Positions 40,066 to 48,925 are shown, counted from the stretch's first letter. The stretch is 64,000 bases of DNA from an uncultured Clostridia bacterium (GCA_947631005.1 CANRJR010000009.1:1308-65307), one strand, 5' to 3'. The notes: generated by a model from the letters alone, not told the origin. Numbers and translations: made by a program.

Positions 40066-41088
40066 ATGAACGAAGAAAAGATGAAGGCACTCGACGCCGT
40101 TCTCGCGCAGATCGAGAAGGCGTACGGCAAAGGGTCGATCATGAAGCTCGGCGAGAACGCGGGCAACACGGACATCGAGGTCATTCCCTCGGGCTGTCTC
40201 GCGCTCGACCTCGCCCTCGGGATCGGCGGCTTCCCGCGCGGGAGGATGATCGAGATCTACGGTCCGGAATCCTCGGGCAAGACCACGGTCGCCCTGCACG
40301 CCGTTGCCGAAGCCCAAAAGCGGGGGGGCATTGCGGCGTTCGTCGACGCGGAGCACGCGCTCGACCCCGTGTATGCGAAGAAGCTCGGCGTCGACCTCGA
40401 CGAACTGTATGTATCCCAGCCCGACACGGGCGAACAGGCACTCGATATCGTCGACGCGCTCGTCCGTTCCTCGGCGGTGGACATCATCGTCGTCGACTCG
40501 GTGGCGGCACTCACGCCCAAAGCCGAGATCGAGGGGGACATGGGGGATTCCCACGTCGGCGCGCAGGCGCGGCTCATGTCGCAGGCGTTGCGCAAGCTCA
40601 CCGCCATCGTCAACAAATCCAAGACCTGCGTCATCTTCATCAACCAACTTCGCGAGAAAGTGGGCGTTATGTTCGGCAATCCCGAAGTGACCCCCGGCGG
40701 CAAGGCACTCAAATTCTACGCCTCGGTGCGGATCGACGTGCGCAAGATCGACACGCTGAAAGATTCCGAGGGGGCGGCGGGCAACCGTACTCGCGCCAAA
40801 GTCGTCAAGAACAAGCTCGCGCCGCCTTTCCGTCAGGCGGAGTTCGACATCATGTACGGCGAGGGCGTCTCGCAGGAGGGCTGTATCATCGACCTCGGCG
40901 TGCAGTACGACATCATCAAAAAGAGCGGCGCATGGTTCAGCTATCAGGAGAATAAGCTCGCCAACGGCAGGGAAAAGATGCGGCAGTTCTTAAAGGACAA
41001 CCCCGAACTTTCCGCCGAGATCGAAGCGAAGATCCGCGCCTGCGCCAAGGGCGGACCTGCCGACATCGCGGGCGGCGAAGAAGTCTGA
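40066..41088 (+). CDS. recA: Recombinase RecA
   Basis: [32 protein letters not shown] (Walker A), [33 protein letters not shown] aaggaga. The track ORF start at 39844 lies inside cinA. Confidence 0.97.
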   Translation: MNEEKMKALDAVLAQIEKAYGKGSIMKLGENAGNTDIEVIPSGCLALDLALGIGGFPRGRMIEIYGPESSGKTTVALHAVAEAQKRGGIAAFVDAEHALDPVYAKKLGVDLDELYVSQPDTGEQALDIVDALVRSSAVDIIVVDSVAALTPKAEIEGDMGDSHVGAQARLMSQALRKLTAIVNKSKTCVIFINQLREKVGVMFGNPEVTPGGKALKFYASVRIDVRKIDTLKDSEGAAGNRTRAKVVKNKLAPPFRQAEFDIMYGEGVSQEGCIIDLGVQYDIIKKSGAWFSYQENKLANGREKMRQFLKDNPELSAEIEAKIRACAKGGPADIAGGEEV

Positions 41089-41121
41089 CGGCATATCTCA
41101 ATTATCAAAAAGGAGGAGATC

Positions 41122-42456
41122 ATGGCTTTCAAAAAGGACTTTTTGTGGGGCGTTGCAACGGCGTCCTATCAAATCGAGGGCGGCGCGTACGCCGCCGACA
41201 AGGGTTTGAGCGTATGGGACGTGGGTGCGGAGACCGAGGGACGCATCTTCAACGGTCACCGCAGCGACGTCGGGTGCGACCACTATCACCGCATGAAAGA
41301 GGACGTCGCGCTCATGAAAGAGCTCGGGATCAAGGCGTACCGCTTTTCGATCAATTGGTCGCGCCTCATTCCCGCGGGCGAGGGGAGAGTGAGCGAGGAC
41401 GGCAAACGCTTCTATCTCGAATTGCTCGAAGAATTGAAAAAAGCGGACATCGAGCCGTGGATCACCCTCTTCCATTGGGACTATCCCTACGCGCTCTATC
41501 TGCGCGGCGGTTGGCTCAATCCCGAGAGCCCCGTCTGGTTTGAAAAGTACGCGCGGGTGTGCGGGGAACTGTTCGGGGGATACTGTTCGAAGTTCATCCT
41601 CATCAACGAGCCGCAGTGCTTCATCGGGCTCGGGCATTGGTCGGGCGAGCATGCCCCGTTTTTGAAACTCTCCGCGGGAGAGGTCATGCGCGTGGCGCAC
41701 AACGTCCTCCTCGCATGCGGCAGAGCCGAAAAGACGCTCCGCGAGATCCTCCCGAACGTCAAGATCGGCACGGCGCAGGCATATTGGCCGCTTCTCCCCA
41801 CAACCGTGAGCGACTACGCCTTCGCCCGCGAAGAGACGTTCTCCTGTCATAAAGATTTCGGTTCGGTCAACTACTACACCGATCCGCTCATCTTCGGCAA
41901 CTATCCCGCCTGCTTCGAGCCGTGGCAGAGGGAATGCAAGTTCACCTACCCCGCATCGGACATGGCGATCATCAAGAGCCAAGTCGATTTCTACGGCGTG
42001 AACACCTATACGGGGGACTACATCAGACGGACAGCCGATTCGTTCGAGCGCGTACCGCCCCCGCCCGAAACGCCGCTCACCGACATGCGCTGGACGGTGC
42101 ACCCCGATTCGCTCTACTACGGCGCGCGCTACGTTTGGGATCGCTATCACCTGCCCGTCGTGTACACCGAGAACGGCGTCGCCCTCGCCGAGTGGAAGGA
42201 TTGCGACGGCAAGATCCTCGACTATTCCCGCATCGACTTCCTCAAACGCTATCTCCGCGCCCTCTCGCGCGCGGCGGACGAACTTCCCGTCGAGGGCTAC
42301 TTCTATTGGACGCTGTACGACAATTTCGAATGGGTGGAGGGCTTCTCCAAGAAGTTCGGGCTCGTGCACCTCGACCCCGCAACGGGCGAGCGCACCCCCA
42401 AGGAGAGCTTTGCTTTCTACCGCGAGATCGTGCGCACCAACGGGAAAAATCTGTAA
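41122..42456 (+). CDS. Glycoside hydrolase family 1 beta-glucosidase
   Basis: FLWGVATASYQIEGG, acid/base ILINEP, nucleophile VYTENG, YFYWTLYDNFEW. Confidence 0.92.
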   Translation: MAFKKDFLWGVATASYQIEGGAYAADKGLSVWDVGAETEGRIFNGHRSDVGCDHYHRMKEDVALMKELGIKAYRFSINWSRLIPAGEGRVSEDGKRFYLELLEELKKADIEPWITLFHWDYPYALYLRGGWLNPESPVWFEKYARVCGELFGGYCSKFILINEPQCFIGLGHWSGEHAPFLKLSAGEVMRVAHNVLLACGRAEKTLREILPNVKIGTAQAYWPLLPTTVSDYAFAREETFSCHKDFGSVNYYTDPLIFGNYPACFEPWQRECKFTYPASDMAIIKSQVDFYGVNTYTGDYIRRTADSFERVPPPPETPLTDMRWTVHPDSLYYGARYVWDRYHLPVVYTENGVALAEWKDCDGKILDYSRIDFLKRYLRALSRAADELPVEGYFYWTLYDNFEWVEGFSKKFGLVHLDPATGERTPKESFAFYREIVRTNGKNL

Positions 42457-42570
42457 CATTCTCAATAGGGTAAGAAACTTTGCAAGCGGTTTGGCAGTTG
42501 CCAAGCCGCTTTCTCATATCTTTTTTGCACGGTTTTTCCGAAAATTTCAAAATAATTTTCTTCAAAACGC

Positions 42571-42599
42571 TTGACAGAAATCCGAAGTCGGATTATAAT
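42571..42599 (+). promoter_or_regulatory. SigA-type promoter (TTGACA-N17-TATAAT) of the MarR-flavoprotein operon
   Basis: Consensus hexamers with exact spacing. Confidence 0.6.
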
Positions 42600-42631
42600 T
42601 AAAATACGAAATGGAATTTTTGAGGGGATCT

Positions 42632-43072
42632 ATGGACGAACGCATCTTTTTTTACAGGCTCGGGAAGCTCGTATATCAAATCGACGGCGCGTACGAGGAA
42701 TACGGGAAAGGGTGCAAGCTCGCTTCCGCCAATCTCTTGTGGATCTTATACGCCTTAAACGACGGGGAGCGGCACAGTCAAAAGCAAATTTGCGACGATT
42801 GGGCGATCCCGCGGAGCACGGCGAACACCATCATCAAAGATTTGGAAAGCAAGAGCTATGTCGCGCTCTCGCAGATCAAGGGGGAGCGGCGGGAACTTTC
42901 GGTATCGCTCACCCCGCGCGGCAAGGCGTATGCGGACGGGGTCTTGTCCGACCTGTACCAAAGGGAAAAGGCAGTTTATTCGGAGATAGAAGCTCCCGAA
43001 GAGTTTCTTGACGCATTGCAAAATTTCGCGGCGAAAATGCAGACGATCGCCGCAAAAGGAGATAATGTATGA
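42632..43072 (+). CDS. MarR-family transcriptional regulator
   Basis: Winged-helix block QKQICDDWAIPRSTANTIIKDLESKSYVAL...GERRELSVSLTPRGKAY. The ATG at 42632 has RBS gagggg. The alternative ATG at 42611 sits only 12 nt after the -10. Confidence 0.8.
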   Translation: MDERIFFYRLGKLVYQIDGAYEEYGKGCKLASANLLWILYALNDGERHSQKQICDDWAIPRSTANTIIKDLESKSYVALSQIKGERRELSVSLTPRGKAYADGVLSDLYQREKAVYSEIEAPEEFLDALQNFAAKMQTIAAKGDNV

Positions 43073-43545
43073 GTAAAATTTTGGTAGCGTATTTTTCGGC
43101 AAGCGGAACGACCAAACGGGCGGCGAGCCTCCTTGCAAAAGCCGCGGACGCGGATCTCTTCGAGATCAAGCCCAAAGAGCCCTATACGGCGACGGACCTC
43201 GATTGGACGAACAAAAAGAGCCGTTCCTCGTTGGAGATGGCAGATCCCGCGTCCCGTCCCGAAATCGCATGCCGCGTCGAAAATCTTGCGGACTACGACG
43301 TGGTGCTCGTCGGCTTCCCCGTGTGGTGGTACACCGCGCCGACCATCGTCAAGACTTTCCTCGAAGCACACGATTTTTCGGGCAAGACGATCGCCCTGTT
43401 CGCAACGAGCGGCGGCAGCGGGCTCGGAAAGACGGAGAGCACGCTTCGCCCCTGTGCGCCGAACGCCGTTTGGAAAGGGGGAAAGCTCGTAAACGGCGCG
43501 AGCGAGGGCGCGCTCAAATCTTGGGTAGCGAGCTTAAAGGCATGA
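43069..43545 (+). CDS. Flavodoxin (Flavodoxin_4-type)
   Basis: KILVAYFSASGTTKRAA...YDVVLVGFPVWWYTAPTIVKTFLEAHDFSGKTIALFATSGGSG. The start overlaps the marR stop (ATGA). Confidence 0.85.
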   Translation: MSKILVAYFSASGTTKRAASLLAKAADADLFEIKPKEPYTATDLDWTNKKSRSSLEMADPASRPEIACRVENLADYDVVLVGFPVWWYTAPTIVKTFLEAHDFSGKTIALFATSGGSGLGKTESTLRPCAPNAVWKGGKLVNGASEGALKSWVASLKA

Positions 43546-44102
43546 AGATCGCCGTACTCACGGGCAGTCCGCAGAAGCATGGCTCGTCCAATCTTCTTGC
43601 CGAACAGTTTATCAAAGGGGCAACAGAGGCGGGACACAGCGTCTCCGTCATCGACGCGGCGCGGGCGAATGTCCGTCCTTGTTCGGGTTGCGTCCGTTGC
43701 GGGTACGGCGGTCCGTGCGCGCAAAAGGACGACATGGGGTCGGAAAACGGCGTAAAGAGCGGGATCAAAGCGGAAATTTTAGGCGCGGATATGCTCGTGT
43801 TCGTCACGCCGCTCTACTACTACGGAATGAGCGCGCAACTCAAAACGGTCGTCGACCGCTTCTGCGCGTTCAACGGGGACATCCAAAGAAAGCGTATGAA
43901 ATCCGCGCTCATCGCCGTCGCGTGGAACGCCGACGGTTGGACGTTCGAAGCCCTCACGGCGCACTACAAAACGCTCGTGCGGTATCTGAATTTCATGGAT
44001 TGCGGAATGATCCTCGGCAAGGGTTGCGGGACGCCCGACATGACTGCCCGATCCCGCTACATGTCGGAAGCCTATGAACTCGGCAAGAGCCTGCGGGGGT
44101 AG
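43542..44102 (+). CDS. NAD(P)H-dependent FMN reductase-like flavoprotein (FMN_red family)
   Basis: MKIAVLTGSPQKHGSSNLLAEQF...CSGCVRCG...LVFVTPLYYYGMSAQLKTVVDR. ATG at 43542 overlaps the upstream stop. Confidence 0.8.
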   Translation: MKIAVLTGSPQKHGSSNLLAEQFIKGATEAGHSVSVIDAARANVRPCSGCVRCGYGGPCAQKDDMGSENGVKSGIKAEILGADMLVFVTPLYYYGMSAQLKTVVDRFCAFNGDIQRKRMKSALIAVAWNADGWTFEALTAHYKTLVRYLNFMDCGMILGKGCGTPDMTARSRYMSEAYELGKSLRG

Positions 44103-44105
44103 GAT

Positions 44106-44417
44106 ATGGCGTTTACGATCAATCTCTACTACACGGGAACGGACGGCAACGCGTGGAAGTTTGCGGAGGAGATGCGGTCGAGCGGGCTCGTAGATCAGAT
44201 CCGCGCCGAACAGGGCAATCTCCGCTACGAATATTTTCTTCCCATGGACGACCCCGAAACGGTGCTGTTCATCGACGCATGGGAAAGCGAGGAAGCCCTC
44301 GACCTCCACCATAAAAGCCCCATGATGAAAGAAATCGCCGCCCTCCGCGAGAAATATCACCTCAAACTGCAGGTGCAAAAATTTCAAGAGATCAACGAAA
44401 GGAGAACGCATTCATGA
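44106..44417 (+). CDS. Antibiotic-biosynthesis-monooxygenase (ABM) domain protein
   Basis: About 100 aa. The LRYEYF...ETVLFIDAWESEEALDLHHKSPMM pattern is typical of ABM/quinol monooxygenase-like proteins. Confidence 0.7.
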   Translation: MAFTINLYYTGTDGNAWKFAEEMRSSGLVDQIRAEQGNLRYEYFLPMDDPETVLFIDAWESEEALDLHHKSPMMKEIAALREKYHLKLQVQKFQEINERRTHS

Positions 44418-44950
44418 AGAAAGTTTTGATTATTTCGTCAAGTTACAGGACGAAAGGCAATTCTGCAAGACTTGCCGAAGAATTTTTCAGAGGCGCGCAG
44501 GAGGCGGGAAACGAGGTCGAATTTCTCTCTCTGCACGATAAAGACATCGCCTTTTGCCGCGGGTGTCTTGCCTGCCAAAAGACGAAACGGTGCGTCATTC
44601 CCGATGACGCCGACAGCATCCGCGAGAAAATGCTTCACGCGGACGTATTGGCGTTTGCAACGCCTGTCTACTATTACGGGATCAGCGGACAGCTCAAAAC
44701 CCTGCTCGATCGCTGCAATCCGCTGTATTCTTCGAACTATCAATTCCGTGAAATTTATTTGCTCTTTACGGCGGCGGAGGAGGATGAGGACGTCGCAAAG
44801 AGAGTATTAGACGGTTTCGACGGCTGGGTCGTGTGCTATGAAAAGGCGCGCTTCAACGGATATGTTTTCTGCGGCGGCGTGAGGGGCGTCGGCGACATCG
44901 GGGGGAATAAAAAGCTCGAAGAAGCCTATCAAATGGGGAGATCCATATAA
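44414..44950 (+). CDS. NAD(P)H-dependent FMN reductase-like flavoprotein (second copy)
   Basis: MKKVLIISSSYRTKGNSARLAEEF...CRGCLACQKTKRCV...LAFATPVYYYGISGQLKTLLDR. ATGA overlap with the ABM gene. Confidence 0.8.
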   Translation: MKKVLIISSSYRTKGNSARLAEEFFRGAQEAGNEVEFLSLHDKDIAFCRGCLACQKTKRCVIPDDADSIREKMLHADVLAFATPVYYYGISGQLKTLLDRCNPLYSSNYQFREIYLLFTAAEEDEDVAKRVLDGFDGWVVCYEKARFNGYVFCGGVRGVGDIGGNKKLEEAYQMGRSI

Positions 44951-44968
44951 ATTTTCAGGGAGCAGACC

Positions 44969-46513
44969 ATGAAGAAAACGTTTGGATTCATTTTAACGGC
45001 GATCATGCTGTGCCTTTGCTTTGCGCTCTCCGCTTGCGGGCAAACGGGCGACAAGAACGGCGACGCACATCATGACGACGGTACATATTACACCGTGACA
45101 TTCGACAGCCAAGGCGGGAGCGCGGTCGAAAGCCAAACGGTGCGCGAGGGCAATCCCGCCGCCGCGCCGACTTCTCCCACGAGAGAAAATTTCGACTTCG
45201 GCGGTTGGTACAAGTCGGCGGGGGAAAACGCCGCCCGCTGGGATTTTTCCACCGACCGTGTAAATGAAAATCTCACGCTCTACGCCCGTTGGACGGCAAA
45301 GCAAGAGCCGCCCGTGCCTTCGGAAACGCTCACGTTTGAGAAAAACGCGGCGGGAGAGGGCTATCTCGTCACGGGAGACGAGGGGCAAGCAGCCAATATC
45401 GTCATTCCCGCCGAACACGACGGCGCACCCGTCGTCGGCATTGCCGACAGCGCGTTCGCCTATTCGCGGCACAAATCGGACATCCTTTCCGTCACCATTC
45501 CCGACAGCGTAACGGAGATCGGCAAGAACGCCTTCCACAATCAGGACGCGCTCGTGACGGTGAACATCGGCACGGACAGTGAGCTTCAAAAAATCGGCAA
45601 CAACGCCTTTTCGGGCAACGGCGCGCTCGGATCCATCTATCTGCCCGCGGGATTTACAACGCTCGGCGACGACGTTTTCAACAACTGCGGCGGGCTGAAT
45701 ACGATCACCGTTGCGGCGGGAAATACGCACTATTCGGGCGCGGGGAATTGCCTCACCGACCTGACAACGCATACGCTCATTCGCGGGAGCAATCAAAGCG
45801 TCATTCCCGAAACGGTGCAAACGATCGGCGTGGCAGCGTTCCGCAGGGCGACCATGACGACGCTCACCATTCCGAAGTCCGTCGCTTCCATTGAAAAATA
45901 CGCGATCTCCGACAGCGCAATTACAAAAGTTGTCTATGAGGGCACTTCCGCAGAATGGGAAACCCTCATGGCGGCGTCGTCGAAATATTGGAATATGGGC
46001 AACAAAGACGCGGAGATCGTCTGCTCGGACACGCAAACAAGCCATATTCTCGTCGCCTACTTCTCGGCGACGGGCAACACCGAGGGCGTCGCCGAAAAGA
46101 TCGCAACGCTTACGGGCGGCGAACGGTACGAGATTGTCCCCGCCGTACCCTATACCGCCGCCGATCTCGATTACGGCAGCAGTTGCCGTGCGAACGACGA
46201 GCAGAACGATCCGCATGCCCGCCCCCCAATCAGCGGGAGCGTGACGGTGGACGGTTACGACACGATCTACCTCGGCTATCCCATATGGTGGGGGAAAGCA
46301 CCGAAGATCATCTACACGTTCCTCGAAAGCCAATCGTTTGCGGGAAAGACGATCGTGCCGTTCTGTACGTCTGGGTCGAGCGGGATCGAGGCGAGCCTGC
46401 CCGATTTGAAGGCGATCGCAAGCGGCGCAACGTGGCTTGCGGGCAAACGCTTTTCGGCGGGCGCGTCGCAAACCGACGTCCGCGCTTGGCTCGATCGTTT
46501 GACGCAAGCGTAA
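44969..46513 (+). CDS. Lipoprotein fusing InlB B-repeat + BspA-type LRRs + C-terminal flavodoxin (Flavodoxin_4) domain
   Basis: Lipobox FALSAC|G. YTVTFDSQGG...FDFGGWY. IP.SVTEIG.NAF LRR units. C-terminal ILVAYFSATGNTEGVAEKIA...YDTIYLGYPIWWGKAPKIIYTFLESQSFAGKTIVPFCTSGSSG is homologous to the cytoplasmic flavodoxin at 43069. Confidence 0.85.
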   Translation: MKKTFGFILTAIMLCLCFALSACGQTGDKNGDAHHDDGTYYTVTFDSQGGSAVESQTVREGNPAAAPTSPTRENFDFGGWYKSAGENAARWDFSTDRVNENLTLYARWTAKQEPPVPSETLTFEKNAAGEGYLVTGDEGQAANIVIPAEHDGAPVVGIADSAFAYSRHKSDILSVTIPDSVTEIGKNAFHNQDALVTVNIGTDSELQKIGNNAFSGNGALGSIYLPAGFTTLGDDVFNNCGGLNTITVAAGNTHYSGAGNCLTDLTTHTLIRGSNQSVIPETVQTIGVAAFRRATMTTLTIPKSVASIEKYAISDSAITKVVYEGTSAEWETLMAASSKYWNMGNKDAEIVCSDTQTSHILVAYFSATGNTEGVAEKIATLTGGERYEIVPAVPYTAADLDYGSSCRANDEQNDPHARPPISGSVTVDGYDTIYLGYPIWWGKAPKIIYTFLESQSFAGKTIVPFCTSGSSGIEASLPDLKAIASGATWLAGKRFSAGASQTDVRAWLDRLTQA

Positions 46514-46527
46514 TCAATCGGAATCGC

Positions 46528-46557
46528 AAAAACGGCAGAAACTTCTCTGCCGTTTTT
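46528..46557. terminator. Bidirectional terminator between convergent genes
   Basis: aaaaacggcag...ctgccgttttt with an A-run and a T-run on either side. Confidence 0.7.
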
Positions 46558-46597
46558 GCTTATAAAATGTGTAGTGGGATAAGAGCGTCTGAACGGA

Positions 46598-47248
46598 TCA
46601 CAGATCCACCCGCTCAAACCGTTTCATGGAGAGCCATGCGGAAAGCGCGGTGAGGGCGCAATACAGCGCGAGCCCGCCGAGCAAGACGGCGAGCTTCATG
46701 CCGCAATGCGAAAGGTCGGAAGAGGCGAGCGGCGCGTAAAACGGAAATTGCCGCAACGCGACCATAACGGCGATGAGCGCGAATTGTACCGCCGACGAAA
46801 CGACGAACGGTACGCCGACCTTGTTCGGGTCTTTGTAATACATCGGAAAAAAGGCGAGGTTGAACGCGCCCGATAGGAGCGCGCCGAATCCGCAAAAGGC
46901 GAGGTTTGCGCTGTTCCCCGCGCGGTTTACGAGCAGTTCCGCGGGGAATGTAAGTTGCTTTACGGCGATACACAGAGCCGTCAAGAGCAAGAGAATGCAT
47001 TGAAACAGAACGGCAACCGCGATGCGGGCGAGGGGGACGTCGCGCTTTCTGACGGGGAGAGCGCAGGTAAACGCCAAGTCGCCGTTTTCCCGCGCCGACA
47101 TACAGTGGAAAAAAGCCGACAGCCCCGCAAAGAAGAAGATCACTTCATAGGGATAGTTCGGCACAAAGACGAGTGCCGCAAAGCACAGAAAGACGATCTC
47201 CGTCGGGTGCAGGCAGAGCGACAGTTCCTTTTGAATGAGCGGTCTCAT
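46598..47248 (-). CDS. ABC-2 type transporter permease
   Basis: Six hydrophobic segments. The ATG at 47248 has RBS aaggagg and overlaps the ATPase stop (ATGA). The upstream part of the track ORF (to 47566) lies inside the ATPase gene. Confidence 0.8.
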   Translation of the reverse strand: MRPLIQKELSLCLHPTEIVFLCFAALVFVPNYPYEVIFFFAGLSAFFHCMSARENGDLAFTCALPVRKRDVPLARIAVAVLFQCILLLLTALCIAVKQLTFPAELLVNRAGNSANLAFCGFGALLSGAFNLAFFPMYYKDPNKVGVPFVVSSAVQFALIAVMVALRQFPFYAPLASSDLSHCGMKLAVLLGGLALYCALTALSAWLSMKRFERVDL

Positions 47249-48069
47249 GCCCGCCTCCTTTCCCATTCGAGATGGATGATAATTTCGTCGAGGGTCGCCT
47301 CCCGTCCGCGAAGCCCCGTCACCAAGCCCTCGAAGCCGTCTTTCACCGCCTTCACGCCGATCGCATTCGCCGCCTTTGCTTCGTCGGCCGAGGAGAACCG
47401 TGCAAGACGATACCGCCCGACGAGCCCCGCAAGCGGCTCGTCCGCAAGGAGCGTTCCGTTTGCGAGATAGAGAATTTTGTCGGCGACGCGCATGAGGTCG
47501 GCGGTGATATGCGTGGAAAACAACACGGTGACCCCGCGTGCTTTGAGGGAGAGGAGGGCGTCGCAAAGATCTTCGCGCGAGAGGGGGTCGAGCCCGCTCG
47601 TCGGCTCGTCCAACAGGAGCAGTTTTGCGCCGTGGGAGAGGGCGAGCGCAAGAGAAAATTTCAGCTTCATGCCCTCCGAAAGTTCCCGCACCTTTTTGGT
47701 CGGCACGAGCGCGAATTCTTCACAATCACGGCGAAAGGCTTGCCCATCCCAATGCGGATAAAAGCGGGCGACCGCCTTTGCAACGGCAGAAAGGGAACGG
47801 TTCGGATAGAACCGAAACCCGCCGCCGACATAGCCGATCGCCTCCTTCGCCGCGCTCTCGTCTTTCGGAAATTCCTTTCCGAACACCTTTACCGTCCCCT
47901 CGGAGGAGACGAGCCCCATGACGGATTTGAGCGTCGTGCTTTTTCCCGCGCCGTTCCGACCGACGAGCCCCGCGATCGTTCCCGCCTCCACGGAGAAAGA
48001 GAGCCCGCCGAGCGTAAAATTTCGGTAGACCTTTTTCAGGTTTTCTACTTCGAGCGCGTACACTTTCAA
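47245..48069 (-). CDS. ABC transporter ATP-binding protein
   Basis: GRNGAGKST (Walker A), LSEGMKLKFSLALAL (signature), LLLLDEPTSGLD (Walker B). Start is TTG at 48069 (overlapping the AbrB stop) or GTG at 48063. Confidence 0.85.
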   Translation of the reverse strand: MKVYALEVENLKKVYRNFTLGGLSFSVEAGTIAGLVGRNGAGKSTTLKSVMGLVSSEGTVKVFGKEFPKDESAAKEAIGYVGGGFRFYPNRSLSAVAKAVARFYPHWDGQAFRRDCEEFALVPTKKVRELSEGMKLKFSLALALSHGAKLLLLDEPTSGLDPLSREDLCDALLSLKARGVTVLFSTHITADLMRVADKILYLANGTLLADEPLAGLVGRYRLARFSSADEAKAANAIGVKAVKDGFEGLVTGLRGREATLDEIIIHLEWERRRA

Positions 48070-48281
48070 TCCTCGTCTTTGATGTGCTTTACGGCGTTCC
48101 AAAACGCTTCCGCATAGGAAAACGGTTGCAGGGCGATCCCTTGATTTTTATCCGCCATGAGCAGCAGCGCGTCGCCCGCGTGCAGAGAGAACATCTCGCG
48201 CGCCTCTTTCGGAATGACGATTTGTCCTTTCGGACCGATTTTTACCGTAGCCAGAAATTTTCCCTCGGGAAAGGTCTCCAT
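48066..48281 (-). CDS. AbrB/MazE/SpoVT-family DNA-binding protein
   Basis: ATVKIGPKGQIVIPKEAREMFSLHAGDALLL is the swapped-hairpin SpoVT-AbrB motif. First gene of the three-gene operon. Confidence 0.8.
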   Translation of the reverse strand: METFPEGKFLATVKIGPKGQIVIPKEAREMFSLHAGDALLLMADKNQGIALQPFSYAEAFWNAVKHIKDED

Positions 48282-48312
48282 AATTCGCTCCTAAAAGCAT
48301 TATTTTTCTTAC

Positions 48313-48341
48313 ATTATATACTTTTCACTCATTTGTGTCAA
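48313..48341 (-). promoter_or_regulatory. SigA-type promoter (TTGACA-N17-TATAAT on the minus strand) of the AbrB-ABC operon
   Basis: tgtcaa at 48336-48341 and attata at 48313-48318 on the plus strand, 17-nt spacer. Confidence 0.6.
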
Positions 48342-48540
48342 GCGTTTTTTGCAATCTCATTGTGCAAAAAGCGCGTTTTTCATATAGAAAGAGGCAAAGC
48401 GCGAGGCGGGCGGAACGGGTGGCAAGGGGAAAGAATGAACAAAAAATCACAAAATTCACCCGAAAAGAGGAAACTTTTTCACGCCGTCGCATATAAAGTT
48501 AGCAGAGGCGAACTTTTTTCGGAAAAATGTCGAAAATCAG

Positions 48541-48569
48541 TTGACAAAGCAAACGGCGGGTGATAGAAT
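48541..48569 (+). promoter_or_regulatory. SigA-type promoter (TTGACA-N17-TAGAAT) of the feo operon
   Basis: Exact 17-nt spacing, about 115 nt upstream of feoA. Confidence 0.55.
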
Positions 48570-48575
48570 GGGTAT

Positions 48576-48665
48576 AGTTAGCGTTGGCTAACTGCATGTC
48601 CGCAAGGCAGGCGGACATTTTTAAGGGAGGCGAGTTCGCCATTGCGAACTCAATTCGTTCCTCCC
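48576..48665 (+). promoter_or_regulatory. Structured feo leader: 7-4-7 palindrome at the predicted +1, a terminator-like hairpin, and a nested GGGAGG...CCTCCC hairpin
   Basis: agttagc-gttg-gctaact (48576-48593). atgtccgc-aaggcag-gcggacat + tttt (48596-48622). gggagg c gagttcg ccattg cgaactc aattcgtt cctccc (48625-48665). Confidence 0.5.
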
Positions 48666-48684
48666 CGAAGAAGAGGAGATTGAT

Positions 48685-48897
48685 ATGCCGTTGATCCTTG
48701 CCCCCATCGGTCAGGAAGTGAAGATCGTCCGTATCATTGCGGACGACAAGACCAAGAAGCACCTGTTGAATCTCGGCGTCCTTGTGGACGGGAGGATCAC
48801 CGTGCTTTCGACGAGCGGGGGAAGTACGGTCTGCCGCGTGAAAGAGGGCAGGCTCGCGCTCGACAGAAATATTGCGGCGCGCATCTATGTCGCATGA
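48685..48897 (+). CDS. feoA: FeoA-family protein
   Basis: 70-aa SH3-like FeoA pattern: G..V.I..I....K..L..LG...G..I.V. RBS gaggag. Confidence 0.85.
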   Translation: MPLILAPIGQEVKIVRIIADDKTKKHLLNLGVLVDGRITVLSTSGGSTVCRVKEGRLALDRNIAARIYVA

Positions 48898-48925
48898 AAC
48901 AGCAAATCAATCGGAGGTATTTGGA

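Noticed and set aside
48066-48281. AbrB/MazE-fold protein as the antitoxin of a toxin-antitoxin pair
   Set aside because: The downstream overlapping genes are an ABC ATPase and an ABC-2 permease, not a MazF/PemK or other toxin.
48541-48600. Fur box or DtxR/IdeR box in the feo promoter
   Set aside because: There is no resemblance to GATAATGATAATCATTATC. The AGTTAGC/GCTAACT half-sites resemble IdeR half-sites (GTTAGG/CCTAAC), but the 4-nt central spacer does not fit the 19-bp IdeR box. It is reported only as an unassigned palindrome.
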